A stretch of 64,000 bases of DNA from a virus. Position numbers and translations under genes: made by a program. Positions within the stretch are counted from its first letter, which is position 1. Each line of letters opens with the position of its first letter. Where the stretch lies: the IMG/VR virus record IMGVR_UViG_3300011116_000574, positions 1 through 64,000 of that record; one strand, 5' to 3'. The notes beneath the pieces were generated by a model, which made no database searches, was not told the origin of the DNA, and worked only from the letters and a program-made list of their open reading frames with translations. Of the stretch, positions 41,780-50,933 are shown piece after piece.

Positions 41780-42076
41780 TTAGTTTTCCCAACCAAACAA
41801 AGAGCCTTCCGCATAGTCATCAATCATGTAGTCCATGTCACCAGAACCAAAAATAGCGTTCCAACAGTCACCGCAAGTACCTGTAATAAAGCGTTCACGA
41901 ACATCAACATCAAAATCAGATAGGACATCTTGAACATAAGCACCTTGATTGTATGCGTACAGTTTTTCAGGGGAAATCTGAATAGTGATAGTTTCATCAC
42001 AGGTTGGGCAAACCTTAGAAGTAACTGAATAAGCGGATAGGTCGGCGGTCTTGACAATGTTATTTAGAGTGAACAT
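41780..42076 (-). CDS. small zinc-ribbon protein
   Basis: CPTC...RERFITGTCGDCW. Confidence 0.75.
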   Translation of the reverse strand: MFTLNNIVKTADLSAYSVTSKVCPTCDETITIQISPEKLYAYNQGAYVQDVLSDFDVDVRERFITGTCGDCWNAIFGSGDMDYMIDDYAEGSLFGWEN

Positions 42077-42195
42077 TTTTTCTCCTTTAGGTTAATAGTT
42101 TTATTGTAGCATAACGCCCAGACATTTTCTAGAGATTATTTTGTGGTGTCGTAACAAGGCGAAGCTTGGCGGGGTACCCCGCAGGGTGATTGGGA

Positions 42196-42417
42196 TTATG
42201 CATCCCAACCAAAAAGGTATCCCTCAAAGCCCCTGTCCTCGTCACCCTCGTCAACTTCACAGACACACTCGTCTGTGCCACCGCAACTTGGGCATTCGTT
42301 GTCGTAGTCGTAGTCAGAGTATGGGTCATAAGTGTCAAGCAAAGCCTGTGTCCTTTCATCCTCAAATTGGTTATTCCAGATTTCCATCATTGTTTCGGCG
42401 GTGTAGAACTCATCCAT
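42196..42417 (-). CDS. very acidic Cys-containing small protein
   Basis: CPSCGG..ECVC; D/E-rich; ends LFGWDA like neighbour LFGWEN. Confidence 0.7.
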   Translation of the reverse strand: MDEFYTAETMMEIWNNQFEDERTQALLDTYDPYSDYDYDNECPSCGGTDECVCEVDEGDEDRGFEGYLFGWDA

Positions 42418-42749
42418 AGGTACTCCTCAAGGTTAGGTTGATAAAATAATTGTAGCAGGGTGCGGTGACATTTTTCAGAGATTTTTAAGGGGTGTCGTAA
42501 CAAGGGTTGGAGATCGGGGTACCCCGAAGGGCTGTGCTTGTCAAGCCGACACGCCTACAAGACATTGTATGTTGCTAAAAAAACAAAAAGAGGGGAAAAA
42601 CAAATAAGCAACATCAGAGGCAGGTCAAAACGGTATGCCTTGCCATTTGTTTTTTCATAATTATCTAGTTCAATAGCACCTAACCAACTAAAACCAAAGG
42701 TAATAAGTGATAGTGCCGAAGCGATTAAGATTGTTTCCATTTTTTCTCC

Positions 42750-42890
42750 TTATGAGTAGTAATCGGCTAGAGTGTCAAAGTCTGAATAATAGGCAGGGTC
42801 ATCATAAGCACCATAGCATTCTGGGCAAAGTAGGTTGCCATTGTTTCCAACATAGTCCATTTCAATTTCGCAAAATACGCAAAGTTCCAT
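42750..42890 (-). CDS. acidic zinc-finger micro-protein (not in ORF track)
   Basis: MELCVFC...LCPECY; GGAG SD; cassette promoter. Confidence 0.65.
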   Translation of the reverse strand: MELCVFCEIEMDYVGNNGNLLCPECYGAYDDPAYYSDFDTLADYYS

Positions 42891-43041
42891 TTTTATCTCC
42901 GTTCGTTATGCTTCAATTTTAACACAGGCTACTGACATTTTTCCAGAGATTTTTTGAGTGTGTCGTAACTTGACAAAGATCAAAAACGGGGTACCCCGCA
43001 GGGGTCGGCGTGTCAAGTCGACACGCCGAGTGTCTTGTGAA

Positions 43042-43194
43042 TTACCGCAAGGTAATCCATTTTGTTTCGGTATCAGTTTCCACCAATACACGAACAATTT
43101 TATCGCCACTCTTGGTGGTCTGTTCTGCTACATCTAGGGCAACACCTGATGTGTTACCGCTTGCTGATGTTACTAGGTCTCCGATTTTTACCAT
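43042..43194 (-). CDS. small SH3/KOW-like protein, paralog (not in ORF track)
   Basis: MVKIGDLVTSASGNTSGVALDV...KIVRVLVET...KWITLR; AAGGAG SD. Confidence 0.8.
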   Translation of the reverse strand: MVKIGDLVTSASGNTSGVALDVAEQTTKSGDKIVRVLVETDTETKWITLR

Positions 43195-43770
43195 TTGGTT
43201 CTCCTTTAGTTTGATGTTGCTATTGTAGCGGATAGGTCTGACAATTCTTGATTTACTCCGTCAATTTCTCGCTGTAAAGTTTCGGTGAGTTGTCGCTTTC
43301 CAAAGCCATTATCTAAGCCAATGGATAAAAGATAACCAACCTTTATCCAACCGTGTAGGCGGTCAGCGGTTCTTGGGTATTTTATTTTATCCAATTCATA
43401 CACAGCATTTACTAATTCCTCAGAAAGGTCTGCGAGTAATTTTTTGTCTGTCATTTGTTTCTCCATTTCGTTTGATGTTTTAATTTTAGCACGAGCCACC
43501 GACAAAAATTATTTTTGAGTTGCTTTTGCGATTTGTGCTATTTTTTTGGCATCTGCTTTACGCTGTTCGTCACGCTCTGCTTTTACCATTTTTTTCCAGT
43601 CATCAAAATTCATTTTTTCTCCTATTGGGTTGGTAGTTCTATTATGACAGACACCACCGACATTTTTCAAGGATAACTCAGAGATTTTTTGGGCGTGTCG
43701 TAACTTGACAAAGATCAAAAACGGGGTACCCCGCCCACCCCACTTTGTCAAGTAGGGTGGGGTCTTTGGG

Positions 43771-43944
43771 TTAGAACGGAACTTCATCCCAAAGGCTTTC
43801 CTGCTCACGCATTTCATCATAGAAAAAATCAGGGTCGCACTCTGGACACATAATCATCTCGCACTCGCAAGGGATGCCGTCAAACATCCAATCTGGAGAT
43901 GAGGTCTTGAAACTGACAGGGGCGGTGAAATCAAAATCTGACAT
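43771..43944 (-). CDS. acidic Cys micro-protein (not in ORF track)
   Basis: MSDFDF...CECEMIMCPECD...EVPF. Confidence 0.6.
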   Translation of the reverse strand: MSDFDFTAPVSFKTSSPDWMFDGIPCECEMIMCPECDPDFFYDEMREQESLWDEVPF

Positions 43945-44143
43945 TTTGAGCCTTTCGGTTGGTGAATACTAAAATTGTAACACAGGGGGCAGACATAAAT
44001 CCAGAGAAAAATAAGGTGTGTCGTAACTTGACAAAGATCAGAAAACGGGGTACCCCGATCTAATCCAGAGATTTTATTTTATCATCGTAACTAGAAGAAT
44101 AAGCTGCCCCGCCAGGGGCGAATTTTTTCGCTGTTGAAGTGGA

Positions 44144-44329
44144 TTACCGTAGGGTAATCCATTTCATTTCGTTACTGTCAGTTTCCACTAACACGCGAAC
44201 AATTTTTTCACCAGACTTAGTGGTGAAAGGTTGAACATCAACCGCCACGCCTGAAGTGTTGCCACTCGCAGAAGTGACGAAATCGCCAACAGTTACATTT
44301 TCCAATAATGCTTCAAGAATGTTACCCAT
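44144..44329 (-). CDS. small SH3/KOW-like protein, paralog
   Basis: VGDFVTSASGNTSGVAVDV...KWITLR. Confidence 0.8.
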   Translation of the reverse strand: MGNILEALLENVTVGDFVTSASGNTSGVAVDVQPFTTKSGEKIVRVLVETDSNEMKWITLR

Positions 44330-44383
44330 TTTTATCTCCTTTGTTTATGTTTCAATTGTAGCAGGGGGGACTGACAAAAATTA

Positions 44384-44524
44384 CTAATGTAATTCTGAAC
44401 AGTCTTTCATAGTACCGTCAAGCAGATACTCTACGCAATAACCGCAAACTGTGTTTAGGTCACATACAGGGCAAGATACCCACTCTGACCACTCATCACA
44501 AAACATTGAACAATAATCTAACAT
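44384..44524 (-). CDS. Cys-rich micro-protein (not in ORF track)
   Basis: MLDYCSMFC...CPVC...CGYC. Confidence 0.6.
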   Translation of the reverse strand: MLDYCSMFCDEWSEWVSCPVCDLNTVCGYCVEYLLDGTMKDCSELH

Positions 44525-44827
44525 TTGAACCTCTTTTCTTTATACCAAAATTGTACCACGCACCACCGACAAAAATTGAAACGACACGCCCAAACCCAGA
44601 GAATTTGACAAGGCTTCGTAACTGTGATAAAATTTTTGCCCCTGGCGGGGCGAAATTTTCGCCCCACTTTTTTATCGGTCTTTTAGAATTCCAAAAGCGA
44701 TTACGAATAGGGCTAGGGGTACGAACATTACGAACTCTGAGTGAATAAAGTTGTGTAGCATTTTATCTCTTTTCTTTTTGGTTATGGAATTAGTTTAGCG
44801 GATAGGTGTGACATTTTTTGAGGTGGA

Positions 44828-44983
44828 CTACCGTAGGGTAATCCACTTCAATTCGTTATCTTTAGTTTCAACCAAAACTCTAACGATTTTTTCGCCAGCC
44901 TTAGTTGTCATAGGGTTCACCTCTACGGCTACGCCTGAAGTGTTGCCACTTGCCGATGTTACCAAATCGCCGATGTTTGTCAT
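44828..44983 (-). CDS. small SH3/KOW-like protein, paralog
   Basis: MTNIGDLVTSASGNTSGVAVEV...KWITLR; AAGGAG SD. Confidence 0.8.
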   Translation of the reverse strand: MTNIGDLVTSASGNTSGVAVEVNPMTTKAGEKIVRVLVETKDNELKWITLR

Positions 44984-45652
44984 TTGCGACTCCTTTTCTT
45001 TTTGTTGATAAATCAATAGTACCATACGCCACCGACATTTTTTGACAGACACGCCGACAAAATAGATCCAAATTGTATACAATGTTTTTTGCGACACGCC
45101 GTCAGAGAATTTGACAACCGCTCGTAAATAAGCTAAAATTTTTGCCCCTGGCGGGGCGAAATTTTTTCGCTATTTTTTTCGGCGGGCGATTATGATTTTT
45201 CCTCGCTCTCTTTACTATCTGCACACGCAGAATAAATAAATACGAATGGCATTGATGCGAATACGATTACGGATACGGTTAGGGTTATGTTTAGTAGTGT
45301 TAGCATTTTTTCTCTTTTCGTTAGGTTGATGTTTCAATTGTAGGGGATAGGTACGACATTTTTACCAATTAGGTTTCATACCCTTGTGAGTGTCGCAAGT
45401 GTTTCCTGTACCTTGTTGGATAGGGCAGAAACAAATTACACAAGCAATTTGAACGGCGTTAGGGGTAACTAGGGCTAGTTCCAATTCAACGCTATCGGCG
45501 AATGATAGTTCGCTACTGTCAATCTGATTTTCACCATTTACGATTTTGATGTATCCCATTTTTTTCTCTTTTCTTTTTCTTGATGTTTCAATTGTAGCGC
45601 ATAGCACCGACATTTTTTGACAGACACGCCAGAGATTTTTGCGGGGCAAAAA

Positions 45653-45668
45653 TTGAACAAATGTTCAA
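45653..45668. promoter_or_regulatory. palindrome matching the GAAC-N4-GTTC LexA core
   Basis: TTGAAC-AAAT-GTTCAA at the divergence point of the early region. Confidence 0.45.
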
Positions 45669-45841
45669 ATTGGCGGGGCAAAAATTTTACCATAGGGGTA
45701 TGACAAAAACGGTTAGCGACACGCCGAAAATAAAAAAACATTGGATACAATCTTTTTTCAAAACACTAGCCAAAATGCCCAAAAATGTCGGCGGTATGTG
45801 TTACCATTGATGTATCAACAAAAAATGAAAGTAGGTTCAAA

Positions 45842-46000
45842 ATGGACATTTTGGAAAAAGTAGTCAAGCAACGCCTAGCAAATGCTAAGGCAACCGCAAC
45901 CAATTTTGATGAATTGGGTTATGACAGTAGTGCCGAATTTTGGCATAGTGTCGCTGGAATTCTTGAAGCAATTCTTGATGAGGCAGAGATTTGGGCATAG
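45842..46000 (+). CDS. small hypothetical protein (divergent early cassette)
   Basis: TGTC-N12-TACCAT promoter at 45786; SD before MDILEK. Confidence 0.7.
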   Translation: MDILEKVVKQRLANAKATATNFDELGYDSSAEFWHSVAGILEAILDEAEIWA

Positions 46001-46064
46001 CCCAAAAATGTCTGCCCTATCCGCTACAATTGACACATAAACAAAAAATGAAAGTTGGTAAAAA

Positions 46065-46364
46065 ATGTCATACTCTTACAATCCTAACGGCGAAAAGGTT
46101 CACGCCTACATTTTGGAACTAGACGCAATTTCGTTCGGCGTACTAATGGCGAATTTCGCGCATAGTATTTTTTCAAATGATAGTTGCGCCTACACAATTG
46201 AGAAATGGTGGAAATTCTGTGATGATGTAGCAGAATGGCTAATTTATGATGATGAGGAATTTGCGAATTCCCTAAACATTTATACGCCGACAGAATGCGC
46301 CGATTGTGGCGGAAAAGGTTGGTCATTGAACCCGATTGAACACGAATACTATTGCGGTTCATAA
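46065..46364 (+). CDS. small hypothetical protein
   Basis: TGTC-N12-TACAAT promoter at ~46009; followed by terminator. Confidence 0.7.
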   Translation: MSYSYNPNGEKVHAYILELDAISFGVLMANFAHSIFSNDSCAYTIEKWWKFCDDVAEWLIYDDEEFANSLNIYTPTECADCGGKGWSLNPIEHEYYCGS

Positions 46365-46380
46365 AACGCTAATGCGTAAT

Positions 46381-46410
46381 GGTGTGCCTATGGGCGCACT
46401 ATTTTTTTTT
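46381..46410 (+). terminator. intrinsic terminator
   Basis: GGTGTGCC-TATG-GGCGCACT then A and T9. Confidence 0.75.
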
Positions 46411-46716
46411 GCCTACACGCAAAATTTTTGTATCATACAAAAAAAATAAATATTAACATTTTGATCAAACTGATTTATATGTGACCAATATCACATTTAT
46501 AAGTTGGCGGGGTCTATAAAAGAGCTATAAACTAAAAGCAGGGCAGCTATAGTCAATACAATGGGAGCAAATATTCCCTTTTTGGGTAATTTGCCCTTAA
46601 TAATGTCTCTTGACAGCAAACAGATCATAAAAATGAGTGAAGTCAGGTAGAATAAATTCAAAATAATCACAATTTTCTCCTAAAAGGGGTTATATTATTA
46701 AATACTACTGTATTTA

Positions 46717-47722
46717 TTAGTTATATCCAAGGTTAACATTGTCCAAATTTGGAACAACTTTATTCAAATTGGCGGGACTTGAAGAACAGTCCACAACATG
46801 TGCATCAAACTTATCCATTATACTCTTATCAAATGGAATAACCACTGACATCTTGTAATTCTTACAAATTTTGCACTCTAAAAAGCCTACTTTTGTTCTT
46901 GAAACTCTATTCATCTTTTAATTTCTCCAATAATTCTCTATTTTCGTCAATAACGACATTAATTGTATCATATAATCTATTTTTTCGTCTAACAGGACAT
47001 TTATTTATGTGATCTTCAAATGATTTTTCTGCGTCAGGTGAAATTGGGAGCTGATACATCATTTTATAATCAAAACAGAAGGGACACACCATAATTCGGA
47101 GATTCGAACCATTAATTTGATCCATTATCTGCACCACATGTAGCTACATGCTCTTCAACTTGTGCTATTGCAGCTCCACTAAAGAATCCTTCTCCAGAAA
47201 TGTTCCAATTATTACATTCTTCACAAGAAAATACTACAGTTTTTGTGCCATCATCCAAAGATGTTAAAATTTTAATCATCCTCATCATCTATTATTAGGG
47301 CGGGATCTGGAGACAGGACCTTTCCTGACTCATGTAAAGAAATCAATTGCTCTACCTTAGTACTATTACTCTCACCTGATGCAATGAGTCCTAGTAGGTC
47401 ATATATGCGAAGCAATTGGATATACATGCCCCCTAGAAGCTCATAGAGAGCCTCTGAATTTATTTTGGCGGTATCTGGGGTATTTTCCCCTGACTTTAAT
47501 TCAGACATTTTCTACCTCGTTTATCAAATTAGTTACTTGTTCATACATCTTTAATCCAGGTCTTAATTTATAATCACATGCATAACAACGAAGCGTCAAT
47601 TCTTCTTTTTCATCAAAGAAGGGAACAAGTGTCATATGTTCCTCATCTACCTTACATTTCAATTGTGGAACTTTTCCATCAAGAGATAAAAGATAGTATT
47701 TAACAAAAATCTTTTTGTTCAT
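46717..47722 (-). CDS. coupled small hypothetical genes (47501-47722, 47272-47508, 46907-47137, 46717-46914), several with CxxC
   Basis: ORF track; overlapping stops and starts. Confidence 0.6.
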
Positions 47723-47871
47723 AATAATATATATACCTTAATATAGATTATATAATTCTATAACTTATATAATTTATATTATTTATATAGGTTATATTAT
47801 CTTATATATAAGAAAGTATAATGATAAAATTCAAAATTGTCAAATTAGAAATTATATTTTATAATTAAGCC

Positions 47872-48843
47872 ATGAAGGTTTCTTTTACGGGTGCTCCCGA
47901 ACATATGTATGTAGCTCTAGGCTATGGTAACGCATCTTGGCATATTTTTCAAAGTATGAAGAAATTAGGTTTAGATCCCGTGGTTCGGGATAAAGAAGCA
48001 AAGGTTGGTATTTCTTTCTGTCAACCCGCTCATTATTCCTTCGGCGAAAATCAATATAAAATTGGTTATACACCTTGGGAGTCTACAGAATTTCTTCCTA
48101 ATTGGCAAGAGGGCTTAGAATTAGCAGATGAAATTTGGACTACATCGCATTGGAATAAGAAAATCTTTGAAGCTAAGTTAGATAAAGAAGTATTTGTCTA
48201 CTTGCATGGTATAGACAAAGAGTTTATGCCTATGAAGCGTAAATGGGATAGATCAGAGCCATTTACCTTCTTACATATTGGCGAGCCATTTAATCGTAAA
48301 GATGGTCAACTTGTTGTAGATGTATTTGCAAGGCTCTATGGCAACGACCCCCGCTACCGCCTGATTATGAAATGTACAAAGTCAAACATGCTAAGTCTGA
48401 TGAATATGCCACCAAATCTAGTTTGCAACAACATTATCATCAGAAATGATGTTATTTCTCGTGAAGAACTCATCGACCTATACGCATCTGTTCAATGCTT
48501 TGTATATCCATCTTGGGGAGAAGGTTTTGGATTTAATCCACTTCAGGCACTAGCTATGGGTATTCCAACTATTTGTACCGCAGAGTGGGCGGAGTACAAA
48601 GATAGAATTACACTACCTCTTGACTCTGAATCCGCATGGTCTCCTTGGCAAGAAGTTCACCCTGGATATATGGTAAAACCTAGTGCAGAACAACTTGCTC
48701 AACATATGGTAGAGGTTGTAGAAAACTATGATAAATATTGTGCAGTAGCATTTAAGAACTCTGTAAAAGTTCATAGAGAATATGACTGGGATCTTGTTAC
48801 AAGACCCGCTGCAGGTAGATTAAAAAAAATTATAAAAAACTAG
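47872..48843 (+). CDS. glycosyltransferase family 4
   Basis: YTPWES, FLHIG...RK, FVYPSWGEGFG..PLQALAMGIP. Confidence 0.9.
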   Translation: MKVSFTGAPEHMYVALGYGNASWHIFQSMKKLGLDPVVRDKEAKVGISFCQPAHYSFGENQYKIGYTPWESTEFLPNWQEGLELADEIWTTSHWNKKIFEAKLDKEVFVYLHGIDKEFMPMKRKWDRSEPFTFLHIGEPFNRKDGQLVVDVFARLYGNDPRYRLIMKCTKSNMLSLMNMPPNLVCNNIIIRNDVISREELIDLYASVQCFVYPSWGEGFGFNPLQALAMGIPTICTAEWAEYKDRITLPLDSESAWSPWQEVHPGYMVKPSAEQLAQHMVEVVENYDKYCAVAFKNSVKVHREYDWDLVTRPAAGRLKKIIKN

Positions 48844-48907
48844 ATTTTAGAAAAAAATAATGTTACACTAGAAACCTAATCAAAAAAATGAAAAGGTGTG
48901 TGTATAC

Positions 48908-50836
48908 ATGAGCGGGATAGAAAATCCTTATGAAAACTTTATTGCGCTTAGCCGTTATGCTCGTTGGCTAAGCGAAGAAAATAGACGAGAAACTTGGTCA
49001 GAGACCGTAGATAGATATTTTGATTATATTCAAAAACATCTAAAGGACAAGCATGGCTATGTGCCAGATGAAAAGCTTGTTGCCGAATTAAAACAATTTG
49101 TATTCGATAGAAATGTAATGCCTAGCATGCGTTCAGTTATGACCGCAGGTACTGCGTTGGAAAGAGATAATGTTGCAGGATATAATTGCTCTTTTCTTCC
49201 TGTCGACTCACTTCGTTCATTCGATGAAGCAATGTATATTCTTATGTGTGGAACAGGGGTAGGTTTCTCAGTAGAGAGTATGTATGTGAATAAGCTTCCA
49301 GTAATTGCAGAGTCATTCGAAAAGACCGACACAATTATTGTTGTAGAAGATTCAAAGGCGGGCTGGTCAAAAGCACTGCGTGAACTTATTGCATTACTAT
49401 ATCAGGGTCAGATTCCTGCAATTGATGTTTCTAAGGTCCGACCTGCTGGTGCAAGACTAAAAACTTTTGGTGGTCGTGCATCTGGTCCTCAGCCATTAAT
49501 TAATCTTTTTGATTTTACTATCAAAACATTTAAGCATGCTGCTGGTCGTAAACTAAAGCCTATTGAAGCGCATGATGTCATGTGTAAGATCGGCGAGGTA
49601 GTTGTAGTCGGTGGTGTACGCCGTAGTGCTATGATTTCTCTTTCCGACCTCAGCGATCACGATATGGCAACGGCAAAAACAGGTGCTTGGTGGGAGAATC
49701 ATCCACAAAGAGCATTGTCTAACAACTCAGTTGCATTTGCTGGAAAGCCAGAAATGAATGACTTTATTGCAGAATGGAAATCTGTTTATGACTCTAAGTC
49801 TGGTGAGCGTGGTATTTACAATGTAAAAGCTGCACAAACACAAGCAGCAAATTTTGGTCGCAGAGATTCAGAAATTCATTATGGAACTAATCCCTGCTCC
49901 GAAATCATTCTTAGACCATATCAGTTCTGTAATCTTTCAGAAGTTGTACTTCGTGAAGAAGACACAGTTGAGCATATTGCTCGTAAAGTAGAGTTGGCAA
50001 CTATTCTTGGAACTTGGCAGTCAACCCTAACAGACTTTAAGTACTTGCGTAAAATTTGGAAAGATAATACAGAGGAAGAGCGTTTACTTGGAGTTTCACT
50101 TACTGGTCAGTTTGGTCATAAGTATATGTCTGGTCAACAGGGGCTTGAAAAGCTCGCTAACACCCTTGACTTTCTTAGAGAACTTGCAGTAACAACAAAT
50201 GTTGAAGAGGCTGGCAAAATTGGAATTAATCCATCTGCAGCAATTACCTGCGTAAAGCCATCTGGAACTGTATCTCAGCTAGTTGGAGTTTCATCTGGCA
50301 TGCATCCTTGGCACAGCGATTACTATATTCGCACTGTTCGTGGAGATAAAAAAGATCCACTAACTCAATTCCTAAAAGATTCTGGAATTCCCGCCGAAGA
50401 TGATTTTATGAAGCCAAATGACACTACTGTTTTTTCATTCCCAATGAAAGCACCTAAAAATGCTATTAAGCGTAATGATCTTACAGCAATTGAACATTTA
50501 AATGTTTGGCTTACATACCAAAGACACTGGTGTGAGCATAAGCCATCAATTACAGTTTCTATTCGTGAAGACGAATGGATGGAAGTTGGTGCTTGGGTAT
50601 ACAAGCACTTTGATGAATTATCTGGAGTTTCGTTCCTGCCATATTCTGAACACACCTATGTACAAGCACCTTATCAGGATGCTACAAAAGAAGAGTATGA
50701 TGCTTTTGTAAAGAAAATGCCAAAGCATATTGCTTGGGAAAATCTTTCCCTTTACGAAACAGAAGATAATACTACTGGTTCTCAATCACTTGCCTGTACA
50801 AGTGGAGAATGTGAATTGGTAGATATTGGGGCATAA
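48908..50836 (+). CDS. nrdJ: class II (B12-dependent) ribonucleotide reductase
   Basis: YNCSF, GGVRRSA, GTNPCSEI, TCVKPSGT, C-terminal ACTSGECE. Confidence 0.93.
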   Translation: MSGIENPYENFIALSRYARWLSEENRRETWSETVDRYFDYIQKHLKDKHGYVPDEKLVAELKQFVFDRNVMPSMRSVMTAGTALERDNVAGYNCSFLPVDSLRSFDEAMYILMCGTGVGFSVESMYVNKLPVIAESFEKTDTIIVVEDSKAGWSKALRELIALLYQGQIPAIDVSKVRPAGARLKTFGGRASGPQPLINLFDFTIKTFKHAAGRKLKPIEAHDVMCKIGEVVVVGGVRRSAMISLSDLSDHDMATAKTGAWWENHPQRALSNNSVAFAGKPEMNDFIAEWKSVYDSKSGERGIYNVKAAQTQAANFGRRDSEIHYGTNPCSEIILRPYQFCNLSEVVLREEDTVEHIARKVELATILGTWQSTLTDFKYLRKIWKDNTEEERLLGVSLTGQFGHKYMSGQQGLEKLANTLDFLRELAVTTNVEEAGKIGINPSAAITCVKPSGTVSQLVGVSSGMHPWHSDYYIRTVRGDKKDPLTQFLKDSGIPAEDDFMKPNDTTVFSFPMKAPKNAIKRNDLTAIEHLNVWLTYQRHWCEHKPSITVSIREDEWMEVGAWVYKHFDELSGVSFLPYSEHTYVQAPYQDATKEEYDAFVKKMPKHIAWENLSLYETEDNTTGSQSLACTSGECELVDIGA

Positions 50837-50850
50837 CTAATGCTTCATTA

Positions 50851-50876
50851 AGACCCCGCCTTTTGGCGGGGTCTTT
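50851..50876 (+). terminator. intrinsic terminator
   Basis: AGACCCCGCC-TTTT-GGCGGGGTCT-TT. Confidence 0.85.
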
Positions 50877-50933
50877 GTATTTCTACCTTAAAGTGGTATA
50901 ATTTTGTTATAAATCTTATGGAATGGTCGTGGC

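Larger units (their letters stand above)
28216..45690. repeat. dispersed composite intergenic repeat, ~23 copies
   Basis: YCAGAGA-N12-14-TCGTAA at 28216, 28301, 30406, 31967, 32859, 34103, 35276, 36593, 37485, 38365, 39174, 39576, 40230, 40973, 41709, 42129, 42475, 42943, 43678, 44001, 44065, 44596, 45102 (half copy 45629), most followed by CGGG-N4-CCCG. Confidence 0.92.

Noticed and set aside
28216-45690. CRISPR array
   Set aside because: Repeats are degenerate and separated by gene-sized, variable intervals; no cas genes in the window.
28216-45690. Classical integron with attC sites
   Set aside because: No tyrosine recombinase in the window, no GTTRRRY/RYYYAAC ends, and cassettes carry their own promoters.
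39940-45810. Recurring MSVA.../K(N/C)VGG peptide in ORF-track N-termini (40263, 43505, 45649, 45785)
   Set aside because: Artefact of translating through the AAAATGTCGG promoter box; true starts lie downstream after SD sequences.
48908-50836. Intein or intron in nrdJ (also checked terL)
   Set aside because: Lengths are ordinary, motifs are contiguous, and no splice-junction signatures were seen.
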